Shown in pieces: positions 40,028-52,319 of a stretch of DNA of 64,000 nt. The stretch covers positions 35,712,001-35,776,000 of the forward strand of contig OX597822.1 of assembly GCA_951406725.2 (NCBI GenBank), written 5' to 3'. A program made the position numbers and the translations under genes. Below the pieces are notes generated by a model that saw nothing but the letters and a program-made list of their open reading frames with translations, made no database searches and had not been told where the DNA came from. The stretch's first letter is position 1. Every line of letters starts with the position of its first letter. This DNA is from Octopus vulgaris. Taxonomy: Eukaryota.

Positions 40028-40699
40028 TTTACACTGACAATAGAGAAGCTAACAAAAGTAGTCCAGTTAATAAACCTAGATTTGTATTTCTAAAAAGGTC
40101 CATGTGTACTATTAAAAGCAAAAATAACACTCATAAGAGAATGAAAATACAAATGAACATTATTACTTACGTGGTTGAAAAAATATTATTAAATCTCAGA
40201 GCGAGATGTAAAAATATATTTTATTTATATAAATCTCATTTAATAAAAATAGTTGTTGCCAGTTAATTGGAACATTAATAAATGTCTAGCTTAATAAAAA
40301 ATTGCCTCAATCAAATAGCAATTTATCTATTAATCTTCAAAACTATAAAAGGAAGAATCGTAAATTCATATAACTACACGTCATAAATTTATTTTGCTTT
40401 ATCAAATATATGTCAAGCTTGTTCTTTTGTATATTCTTCGGCTTAATACATATATGTATGTGAGTAGTTATGTGTGAAATAATGAAATATTAAAAACACA
40501 ATTTCTATTTAAATGTGGTTGAATTATAATAATGTTTCAAATATTAAGGGTTATAGAAAACACTAAAAAAAAACTAATAACACGGTGAACGTTCTAAAAT
40601 ATATTTCTCGTAAATCTAGTGGGAACTTTATTTATATCCAATAATTCTAGACGAATATTTTTTTGTGTTTTTTAGCCATATAGATATATGGTTTAATTA

Positions 40700-42420
40700 T
40701 GGATATAAGCAGAGACTAAACAAAACATACATGAGTTTTTCTTACTTTCTAATAAAGGAAATATGAAGCTGTGGTGTTCAAGTTTTAATACTATTACTTC
40801 CTGAATTTTGATCTTTATAAGGAAACATTCTCAGAAATTGTGTCCTTGTTAAAACCAATTTAACTTCACTTCATGTTACTTTGCTTGGTTAACTTGTGCC
40901 ATAGTTTGCTCCAGACAGGCCTGTATGTATCGTGTAATAATAGGTATGAAGCTGAGAGTGTATCTTGCGTTCTGGATTTGCAAACTCCTAATCAGTGACC
41001 CATAGATGTCCTCTTTTTCCTGTGTCTTTCTAACCCGAGAGCAACTAATCTCCAAGACACAGTATCTCTTTTTCTTATGGATCTACACAATGAGATGTCG
41101 CCGGTTGTGTTTTAAATTGGTGGGTATTTTAATTTTTAAGTTCTACCAATATTCTTTTGGCCCATCGGTCTCAACATAGTCAACTTCGTCTGTAAGTGTT
41201 TTCTTTTTTGTTATCCTATTCCTGACTATTCTGACCACGCATCATGCCTCATGAGAAGATCTGGAAGATATTCTCTCACAGTTGGCAATAAAGAGGTCGA
41301 TGTATTCAGTCTTGGTTTTGCAAAGATTATATTTCTTGTTTGTCAATGTGTTCTACCTTGTGCTGCACGTATTTGGTGAGAAGATATCTTGTTCTTGAAT
41401 AACATGGAGGTAGCCTTTGAAATGGGATGTCATAACCTTGCCGGTATTCTATGTCAAGCTTTTGCTATGACCAGTTCCTTCTATGGTTTGTATTTTTCGT
41501 GTCAAGTACATATGCACTATCTCCTCAGCGAACTGATTCATTTTTTTATATTTTATTCTTTTGATATATAGAATTTACTGATGCTTTTTTAGGGGAGATC
41601 TGTATGAAATTTTATTTCATGTCTCTTCACAAGTTTATTAGCTATCTTAATTATGTTGCTGATTTCATTGTTGCAAATTGGACAAGACAGTTACGGGTCT
41701 CTTTCATCTGCAGCAGATGTTGCTTCAGTGACACGATACGTGCTTCATATGATATCAATGCAGACCATGGCCACATTCATTGCACGGGGATTATAGCCTG
41801 TCTCTGTCTCCATTGATGTTGAAGTTTCATATAACACTGAGTCACTGAGTTGCTTGCGAGTTTATACGTTAATTTCACCGAGTTACTGTAGTGACCAATT
41901 CAGAAGGTCAAATGTGAGCGTGAGGACGGGCGCTACAAAGGTGCTGTGGGCAATGTACTTGCTAAAAGCTAATAGTCCAGATGACTACAGGTTTGTTACC
42001 TTTTTGAGTTACTAATTCCTTACCTTCTCCTTATTGATAAGTCCGTCACAGCTGACATTCTCATCCTATCCAAGATGTTCAATTTCGTAGAGCTTTTGTT
42101 TAACATGTTTGCAGTATCTTTGTTTTAATACGTCTATCCATTCCGCGTTATCGTTGAATTCACCATTTCTTTCCCGACTTGATCTCCAGTAAATTTTCAC
42201 TTGTTCTGTTTTCTCTTTCTCTTTTCTCTTTTCAGTCATTTGACTGCGGCCATGCTGAAGCACCGCCTTTTTAGTCGAGCAAATCGACCCCAGGACTTAT
42301 TCTTTGTAAGCCTAGTACTTATCCTATCGGTCTCTTTTGCCGAAGCGCTAAGTAACGGGGACGTAAACACACCAGCATCGATTATCAAGCGATGTTGGGG
42401 AGACAAACACAGACACACAA

Positions 42421-42466
<46 letters not shown>

Positions 42467-42920
42467 GACGGGCTTCTTTCAGTTTCCGTCTACCAAATCC
42501 ACTCACAAGGCTTTGGTCGGCCCGAGGCTATAGTAGAAGACACTTGCCCAAGGTGCCACGCAGTGGGACTGAACCCGGAACCATGTGGTTGGTAAGCAAG
42601 CTACTTACCACACAGCCACTCCTGCGCCTATAATATGTAATATTTTAATTGATATTGTGTTATTTATATTGAAGCTGTGATAGACTAATTCGGGATCACT
42701 GATAAAAAATCTATGCAGAGTTTTTCGATTATAAATCTGCAGATCAAGTTTATTATCTGTTAGTTTAAGCTTCAGCTCATGGACTTTAGAATTCAAGGTT
42801 TTAGTCTTTGAATCCTTAAATTGTTCTCCTTGTTTATCTTTTAACCATTCCTGATGTTTCGTGAATTTGTTGATCGCTTTGCACCGCAAAAATAACTACG
42901 ATCATCAGCAAGATAGTTCT
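40700..42920 (-). mobile_element. Heavily decayed R4-like non-LTR retrotransposon, interrupted by a SINE
   Basis: Minus-strand remnants YWRS..NAEWIDVLK, K.TN..SSG, IVANW and CVLEISC resemble R4-clade ORF segments; many disablements. Confidence 0.5.
42228..42629 (-). mobile_element. SINE family B, full length
   Basis: Reverse complement of 35119-35517 with high identity. Confidence 0.92.
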
Positions 42921-43178
42921 TTGATTGTATGTATGTATGTATGTATGTATGTATGTATGTATGTATGTATGTATGTATGTATGCATGTATGTATGTATGT
43001 ATGTATGTATGCATGCATGTATGTATGTATGTATGAATGTGTGTATGTATACATGTATGTATGTACGACCCAAATATTTATATACATGTGTATAGGTGTG
43101 TCCGTGTATGCGTATTTTGTATATGAAATTATATATATCTATATATATGTGTGCCTGTGTGTGTGTGTGTGTGTGTAT

Positions 43179-43338
43179 AAATTAGAGAAGAACCACCATG
43201 TAGCAATTCAACAATGATGTAATTAATGCTACATGTTGGTTCTTCTCTAATTTCTATACATATATTATATATTGTGAAATTTGATTTAGTTTTACTAAAT
43301 TGAATTTTTCCCTGTAAGTTTGGAATCATCTTCTCTAA

Positions 43339-43340
<2 letters not shown>
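43179..43340. repeat. Short foldback element
   Basis: 27-bp arms 43179-43205 / 43227-43253; tcttctctaat repeated at about 43329; between (TG)n and (TTA)n. Confidence 0.7.
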
Positions 43341-43392
<52 letters not shown>

Positions 43393-43496
43393 CACATATA
43401 TGAATACATGCATATGTGTGTATGCGTGCACGCGTATGTGTGTAGCTTGTGTGTTTGTGTGCGTGTGAGTATGTGTGTGTGCGTGTGTGCGTGTTT

Positions 43497-43572
<76 letters not shown>

Positions 43573-44304
43573 AACATACGTTTGTAAACTAACGCTTTCG
43601 TTTGGAAACAGAACGGAATGAAACATATACCACTTGCTCATCGAGTAAACGTACTAGTATCCCCATTACACTGAGTTTAGTGTTCCTTATCTACTAAATT
43701 AAGTGAAAATGTCTGGCTTTTACACTCAGCATGTACACACACAGCTTGACTTTTTGTCTGAAGTTCGTGAGGCATTCAACCAAGGCATACGTTATATATA
43801 TATATATATATATATATACGAATTGGCTTCAAGCTTCACTTCTCGAGGAATATTCAAATATTCAAATAGTGTTTTTATGTCTTGTCACTGAACATCCTTC
43901 CCATTAATACACAATATGTGTGTAAGTGTGCATATGTGCTTCTTCTGTCTGTGTAGGTGTATTTGTTTATTCTGTGGTACAAAAATATAAATACAACCTT
44001 GTGTTAGAAGTCTGCAGTCTGATGACTGCTTATTCATGCGTGAGGTAAACAACTTGTAAATGCAGTCATCGCATTTTCAATGATTAACAGTCGTTTCTTC
44101 TCAATCTATTCATGTGTACAGTCAACCAAAAGCCCGACTGAAGGAAAGCGTAGCGCAGAAATGTAAAAAAAAAAACTTTACACATGAATTAACACACTCA
44201 GACACACGCACAAACTTACGTAAGTTGGTGTCTCTATGTTTACGTGTAAGGTTTTATGTTACGCACTGCGAGTTTTCAATGAACCTATACATACATATAT
44301 ATGC

Positions 44305-44351
<47 letters not shown>

Positions 44352-44427
44352 GGCCGCGTGCCGATAACAGAAAGAATGGGTGTATATGTGTGTGATTATG
44401 TGTGTGTGTGCGTGTGTGTATACATGC

Positions 44428-44480
<53 letters not shown>

Positions 44481-44498
44481 TGTATGTGTGTGTGTGCT

Positions 44499-44538
<40 letters not shown>

Positions 44539-44699
44539 CATGCATATACACAAACATACACAACTAAATAAACATGTGTGCGCGCGTGTACGTGCGCACG
44601 TGAAGACATATTTGTACTTCACAGCTATGACATTCCTTGTTCGATACGAGCATATGGCATCTTGAACAAGTGCTTTACCATTGCGCCCAATTGATTCGA

Positions 44700-46940
44700 G
44701 AACTGTAACGGTTGAAATGTGTACAAAGCTACACTGAAGTCGACGTTGAAAAAAAACCGTTGTATTTATATGAAGAGTTAAAATGCAAATAGAGCATCTT
44801 GTAATTGGTTAATACAATATGCACTGTCTAAGAGTCACTTTTGCACGATAGGTGATGTACCTTTGTGAAATACTTGCCACCAAGCGAAGTATATCGTTTC
44901 TGCAATTACGTTGAGGCAAACGATTTAAAATATTTCCGTTTGTGGAAAGCTTTTTATTAATCCTGGTAACCAGTTCTTGGTCCCAGTAACCAGATATTGG
45001 TTGCAGTAACCAGATTCTGGTCGCAGTAACCAGATCTTGGTCGCAGTAACCAGATCTTGGTCGCAGTAACCAGATCTTGGTCGCAGTAACCAGATCTTGG
45101 TCGCAGTGACCAGATCTTGGTCGCAGTAACCAGATCTTTGCCACATTAACCAGATCTTGGTCGCAGTGACCAGATCTTGGTCGCAGTAACCAGATCTTTG
45201 CTGCATGAACCAGATCTTGGTCGCAGTAACCAGATCTTGGTCGCAGTAACCAGATCCTGGTAGCAGTAACCAGATCTTGGTCGCAGTAACCAGATCTTGG
45301 TCGCAGTAACCAGATCTTGGCCGCAATAACCAGATTCTGGTCGCAGTAACCAGATCTTGGTCGCAGTAACCAGATCCTAGTCGCAGTAACCAGATCTTGG
45401 TCCCAGTAACCAGATCCTAGTCGCAGTAACCAGATATTGGTCGCAGTAACCAGATCTTGGTCGCAGTAACTAGATCTTAATCGCAGTAACCAGATCTTGG
45501 TCGCAGTGACCAGATCTTAGTCGCAGTAACCAGATATTGGTCGCAGTAACCAGATCTTGGTCGCAGTAACCAGATCTTCGTCGCAGTAACTAGATCTTGG
45601 TCGCAGTAACCAGATCTTGGTCGCAGTAACCAGATCTTGGCCGCAGTAACCAGATCCTAGTCGCAGTAACCAGATTTTGGTCGCAGTAACCAGATCCTAG
45701 TCGCAGTAACCAGATCTTGGTCCCAGTAACCAGATCCTAGTCGCAGTAACCAGATCCTAGTCGCAGTAACCAGATCTTGGTCGCAGTAACCAGATCTTGG
45801 TCGCAGTAACCAGATCTTGGCCACAGTAACCAGATCCTGGTAGCAGTAACCAGATTTTGGTCGCAGTAACCAGATCCTAGTCGCAGTAACCAGATCTTTG
45901 TCCCAGTAACCAGATCCTAGTCGCAGTAACCAGGTCTTGGTCGCAGTAACCAGATCTTGGTCGCAGTAACTAGATCTTAATCGCAGTAACCAGATCTTGG
46001 TCGCAGTGACCAGATCTTGGTCACAGTAACCAGATCCTGGTCGCAGTAACCATATTTTGGTCGCAGCAACCAGATCCTGGTCACAGTAACCAGATATTGG
46101 TCGCAGTAACTAGATCTTGGTTGCAGTAACCAGATCCTGGTCGCAATACCAGATCTTGGTCGCAGTAACCAGATCTTGGTCGCAGTAACCAGATCTTGGT
46201 CGCTGTAACCAGAGCCTGGTAGCAGTAACCAGATCTTGGTCGCAGTAACCAGATCCTGGTCGCAGTAACCAGATTTTGGTCGCAGCAACCAGATCCTGGT
46301 CACAGTAACCAGATATTGGTCGCAGTAACCAGATCTTGGTCGCAGTAACCAGATCTTGGTCGCTGTAACCAGAGCCTGGTAGCAGTAACCAGATCTTGGT
46401 CGCAGTAACCAGATCCTGGTCGCAGTAACCAGATTTTGGTCGCAGCAACCAGATCCTGGTCACAGTAACCAGATATTGGTCGCAGTAACCAGATCTTGGT
46501 CGCAGTAACCAGATTTTTGTCGCAGTAACCAGATCTTGGTCGCAGTAACCAGATCTTCGTCGCAGTAACCAGATCTTGGACGCAGTAACTAGATCTTGGT
46601 TGCAGTAACCAGATCTTGGTCGCAGTAACCAGATCTTGGTCGCTGATTTTGAAATTATTTCTATTGAAAAGTTTGTCATAAAGAAGAATATGTGTCAGAT
46701 GTCTATTTATAAGATTTAGAAAGCTTGGAGCTATACTGGGTGTTATATCTAAACTGGTAGAGAAGAAAGCATACAAAATTATTTTTCAGTTGCAGTTTTT
46801 CTTGTACTGATGGTATTGTACTTATTTTTAATCCCATCTCTTTTAAGTTATCACTGTAATGATGTGCAACATTATTAAAAGATTAGATTTCTTCGTCTGA
46901 ATATATGTTCGAGACTCATCGGCTAATCCTGATAACTTTG
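44700..46940 (-). mobile_element. Decayed Naiad-type Penelope element split by a satellite
   Basis: ISR*VSNIYSDEEI..NNVAHHYSDNLKEMG and IAPSFLNLINRH..KLFNRNNFKIS on one side of the array; NKKL..RNCRN..ITYRAKVT on the other. Colinear with the 16945 ORF. Confidence 0.72.
44962..46643. repeat. 20-bp satellite (CAGTAACCAGATCTTGGTCG)n, about 84 units
   Basis: Direct tandem repeat; 160-bp higher-order duplication (diagnostic variants at 46201 and 46361). Confidence 0.95.
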
Positions 46941-47134
46941 TTTTTTTTTTTATAACTGTAATGTAGTAGATAATGTATGTCAGTGTTAAAGTTAATGGAT
47001 ATAATTCATTATTACTAATAATAATTTACTGAACCATATACACATTCACATAAAATACATAGCTACCCTTGTAGACATGTAATATACATACATACGTTAC
47101 ATATAATCCCCTCACGCAGATAAATAATGTGTGT

Positions 47135-47167
<33 letters not shown>

Positions 47168-48354
47168 CATGTACGTATGTATGTATTCATGCATGTGTGT
47201 GTGTGTGTGTGTGTGTGTAGGCACTGCGTGTGTTTACCTGCACGTCATTAGATGAGTTGATATTAGTAGTCATTCAAAGCATCCATTAAGTTTCAAAAAA
47301 CCACCCTCAACTTCATATTAAGACTGTTTTATTATATTTGAGTCTTTGTTTTTTTTTTGTTTTTCTTTTTTTCTCGTGTTTGTTTCCAGTATTGATATAT
47401 TACACAAACATTCAAACCGATCTTCCAACAACGAACGTACATAAATATTCAAAGCCTCTTGCAATAAGTTCCGTTTGTGTCATACATATGAATGGAAATA
47501 TCTCTCAACAACTACCTGGATGTTTATATTAGCCTATTTTGTTTCATCATTTATTTTCGTAAAATTTCATATTCGAATCTTCTAATAAGGTTGCTTGGCA
47601 ACCTTCGGGTTCCACATGAAAATAGTCATCTGGACTGGAAGCTTTTCTGACAAATTGCTCCTTTGCAGTGTGTGTTGACAGAGCTCTCTTGACAATTTCA
47701 TAATGGCATCCTTTCATTATACCAGCACAAAACGCATTAGTTCCACGCCGACACTCATATTCAAGCTAGAACCTCCAAATGAGAAAATGTCTATGTCAGA
47801 GTGGGGAATCTTTCTTTAGTATCAGAAGTATATAAGAATATGAGATATGGAAGCACAAATGGACTGAGAAAAGTAATTAATCTTTACAAATGTGTAAGAA
47901 TATAAATCTTTAACATATCTTTGCGATATTTTACAAATTCATAGGCAGGTATGGGACCACATTACGCAACATTTCTTGAAATATTACAATATATTATAGA
48001 ACACTTGATAATTATAATGATACCGGAACACCAAAGACACAACAGAATATAATGTTTAAAATTTCATGAAATTCATTCTGCAGCTTAATAAGAAGATTGG
48101 CTCTGCTTGCTTTGAAAGACTCAGAGATATTACACGGGGTAGATGTTAAATGTTAATTACAGCAATTTTTTAATTGGTTTTGAACTAATTTTTGTTATCT
48201 AAAATCTGGCTCGCAAATGGTTGATGGATCGATGCCGAGAAAAACTGGTCACTCTCTACTTATGTGTGTTGTCATCTAGTTACGTTTGTATGTATGTGTA
48301 AAGTCTCTCTCTATCTCTCTTTCTCTCTCACTTTATGTGTGTATATTTCTGTGT

Positions 48355-48422
<68 letters not shown>

Positions 48423-49239
48423 CCTCGAATGACAAAGCGTAAGTGCAGCAACGTTCCATACGTTATTCCTCAAATGAGAATATTTTCAATATCTTCAGAG
48501 AATTCTGCCATAAACTATTAAATTTGTATATCAAAATATAATCTGACTGTGAATGAATTAAGTCGAGTTGAAAGGTACCAGGAGCTTTTATCTATATTAC
48601 ATCGAAAGCAGTTTCGCATATTCGTAAATGGAGCGATTTTGTAAATCTCGAAAATCACTTTTGCAGTTGATCCAAAAGAGTTGAAATACTTTGTAGCATA
48701 TTCCTCTATCGATTCTGGCTTTTGTATTTCTACAGCAGAAAATTTACCATGCGAGCGTTTTTGATTTACGAAGAGCATTGATTTGGTTCAAAGCTTCAGG
48801 TATTGGCTATAAGACAAGTAATAAGCTGATTAGCTACTTGTAATGTTAAACTTAGATCATTTTGGTGGTTACTGATATCGAGCAATTACAAAGTACATTA
48901 CGGCAAATTACACAATGTAAGTTTATGTAACCATTTTGATCCTTTTATTCTATAATGGGAATATCTTTAATATCCGTAAAGAAATTTACTTCCTCTTTCA
49001 TCTCATGCAACGGCTTAAATATGCACCTTTTGCTTAGACACCAAACCTCGTACCATTATATAATGTCAACGAACCTCGTAACGCTAAATAAATCACCATA
49101 TTTTTTACTTGGAGGTCATCCAAAATTTCTTTACGTTTTCTGTTGTTCAATCCTTTATTTTACAAGGTTAATACATTTTCTTTATTATGCTTACTATTTT
49201 CATCACATTATTCATTCTCTAAGAATGAATAATTCTTTC

Positions 49240-49447
49240 TAACTTTGGTACAAGGCCAGCAATTTTGAGGGGCGGGACATGTTGATTACATTGGCTGCAG
49301 TATTCTACTGATGTTCTACTTTATCGAACCCGAAAGGATGAAAGGCAAAGTAGACCTTGGTGGTATTTAAACTCAGAATGTAAAGAGCAGAAAAATGCTG
49401 CCAAGCATTTCGTCCGACGCTCTATCGATTTCTGCCAGCCCCCCGCT
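49240..49447 (-). mobile_element. SINE family C, diverged
   Basis: cccgaaaggatgaaaggcaaagt..aactcagaa..tctgccagc. Confidence 0.75.
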
Positions 49448-49688
49448 TTATTTGCTAAGAATAAATAATGATATGCAAATGTGCACATAAATTTTATTCG
49501 GGAATAAAGCAATGACACGATATTAGGGTAACGCTTCTCAAATTTGTTCTTGCTTAATGCAGTAAGCGTTTCTGAGTTTCTACGATTGATGGCGTACTAT
49601 CTTGCTTGATCAAATAGTACTGTTCAGAGTCGTAGCTTTCTTAAGGTAAAACCGAATCCTTGCAAAAAATGACGCACATAATTTTTTA

Positions 49689-50462
49689 GAGTAAAGATTG
49701 TTTGCCAACATAACATGGCAGTCCTGGTTTAGGACGAATGTTGCTGTAATTTAACCCCAGGAGATATCGTCTCCAGCTGGCTATACGACACTATCTGTGT
49801 CCTATGTCTTCGAACAAGGGAATCTAGCACCCCCACTCAGCTCAAAACAGTATCTGTGTATCGCGACTTCCGGATTATTTCCCTTCATCGCAATACACAG
49901 ATATTGCTTTGAGGTGAGCTGGCAGAAACGTTAGCACGCCAGGTGAAATGCTTAGCGGTATTTCGTCTGCCACTACGTTCTGAGTTCAAATTCCGGGGTC
50001 GATTAAATAAGTACCAGTTACGCACTGGAGTCCATATAATCGACTTAATCCGTTTGACTGTCCTTGTTTGTCCTCTCTGTGTTTAGCTCCTTGTGGGTAG
50101 TAAAGAAATAGGTATTTCGTCCGCCGTTACGTTCTGAGTTCAAATTCCGCCGAGGTCGACTTTGCCTTTCATCCTTTCGGAGTCGATAATTTAAGCACCA
50201 GTTAAGCACTGGGGTCGATGTAATCGACTTAGTCTCCTTGTCTGTCATTGTTTGTCCCCTCTATGTTTAGCCTCTTGTGGGCAATAAAGAAATAAGATAT
50301 TGTTTTGAGCTGAGTGAGGGTGCTAGATTCCCTTGTTCGAAAATATAAGGACACAGATCTGGTCGTATAGCCAGCTGGAGACGATGTCTCCTGGGGCTAA
50401 ATAACAGCAACATTCGTCCTAAACCAGGACTGCCATGTTATGTTGACAAACAATCATTACTC
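49689..50462. mobile_element. Foldback element with about 175-bp arms carrying a SINE insertion
   Basis: 49689-49866 inverts to 49888-49913 plus 50295-50462. Confidence 0.85.
49914..50294 (+). mobile_element. SINE family C dimer with 15-bp TSD
   Basis: AGATATTG(C/T)TTTGAG at 49899-49913 and 50295-50309. Confidence 0.88.
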
Positions 50463-50859
50463 CAAAGTACTGCTGCTGAATATCTCTTGTTGTGAGATTT
50501 AAAAATAGTAATTTTCTAATAATTTTTTTAATTCAAAAAATCATAGCTCTCTATTTCTCATTGAACAATAAACTTTCTCCGGCAGCCCTTCTTCTTTTAT
50601 ATTTTTAATAACTACAATATCACTTTAAAATATTCAATTTAAAAAGAAAATTGGAAAATTGACTGCAGCTGTTGCAACCATTCAAAATTACTGCACTTAA
50701 TTAGTAATGACGCAAATGACAACCAGCTTAGACAATACTTCAGATTTTTACTGACTATTCATCACAAATAACAATACTTACTGAATAAGACAGAATAATT
50801 AGCCGCTGCCAACGAGGAGGGATGGAATATAAATACTGAATTCTAATTGCCTGTAATAA

Positions 50860-51060
50860 TAATGGTTTCAAATTTTGGCTCAAGGCCAACAAATTCGAGA
50901 AGTGGACATCAGAAATCAACTGATAATTATTTTAGCGACCCTGAAAGAATGAAAAGCAAACTCGGCCTCGGCAGAATTTGAACTCGGAACGTAAAGACGG
51001 GCGAAATGTCATTAAGCATTTTGCCCGGCGTGCTAATGACTCAGCCAGCTTGCCGCTTTA
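50860..51060 (-). mobile_element. SINE family C
   Basis: Family body; flanked by the direct repeat attgcctgtaataataatgg (TSD-like). Confidence 0.82.
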
Positions 51061-52123
51061 TTGCCTGTAATAATAATGGGAGTATTTTGTTATCAGTTTC
51101 TATGTATTCCCTGTTGTGATTAATGTCACAAGACAAGCATTACGGTAAACAGAAATTAATATTGTACCATATATGGTGTTGATAGCAACTTATGTTAAAT
51201 TACTCTTTTGGTTTTAAAGCTGGAATCATTCCATTTTTTTTTTTCTCATAAAAGTTTTTTTAGATAACTTCGTCTGCTGATGATTAAAAATGTAATTGCT
51301 AGTGAAATGTTGCACGCAGGCAATGCAGTCTCCGGCTTCTACTCCACCTGGTGACTTGACCTGTTAGAATGAGCAGGTCAAAATCTCCCCCTCAAATAAC
51401 ATCAGACACATCAGATAATCTTGTTCAGATATACTGTCCGAAAATATACTGTAGATCACAATTGAAACACATTTCAAAATGAATCTCCTCGGGCTAATCC
51501 CGAGATTAAACGACAACAACAACTACTACTACAACTACTACTACTACTATTACTACTACCATAAATGACAAGCCAATGAAGAACTGCCTTTGCTATTTTC
51601 GATTTGCTAGAAATTGCAACCAAATCTTTCTCATATCTTATACTACGTTCTTAAAAAGAGAAGGGTATTTTGGATAACGTAATCTTAAATGTACTATGCC
51701 AGAAAGAAAAATGAAGCATGCTGGTAGCTGGAATGCTTATAACCATAGAGGCCTATTTGACCGAGGCTAACACAGAAATGAACAGAAGCTACAATTAAAG
51801 ACAAGTGTCATCATAATAATTATTAATACCTCTTTGAGTCCCTAATAAACCCTTCCCCTTCGTATTGTGGGTTTACAAGGACTACTCTGACAGATCCATT
51901 CTTTCTCCAGACTACGTCCGAAAATCGTCATTATAATGAATGTGCTGTGAAGTGGCCCTGTCGAGAATCGAACCTGAATATCGATTTCTACTTGTTAAGA
52001 ATCTATCACTAGTGTATCACAACGAGGAGCCTTTAACAGTTAGTTTACTGGCCAAAAACGGGAATAAAATCTCCCTCTAGTCCCATCCTACCATTTTAAA
52101 TGGCATATTTGATAAATGTTGTA

Positions 52124-52319
52124 CGTGGGGTACTGAAAAGAAAATACAGGAGGATCAGTCAATTATGATTTTATTCAAAATATTTCCCTCTCAGATTCAT
52201 ACACTTATTGCAGTGGTCCTTCAGTTTTTCTAAGCCCTGTAAAAGAACTTGGAAGGTTGGGCCTCCAACCAGGCCTTTCACGACACCCTTAAAGCCAAGA
52301 ACTTTTCAGCACTCTCTCG
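52124..52319. mobile_element. Mariner-derived MITE (CGAGGG-type TIR), left TIR partly deleted
   Basis: TA-cgtggggtactgaaaag..cttttcagcactctctcg-TA. Confidence 0.72.

Noticed and set aside
41490-41530. Minus-strand CTGAGGA-G..C-GAAA
   Set aside because: No stem III or stem I; lies inside decayed LINE coding sequence and is probably chance.
44962-46643. 20-bp array as a CRISPR array or coding repeat
   Set aside because: Head-to-tail units without spacers; the ORFs simply cycle through frames.
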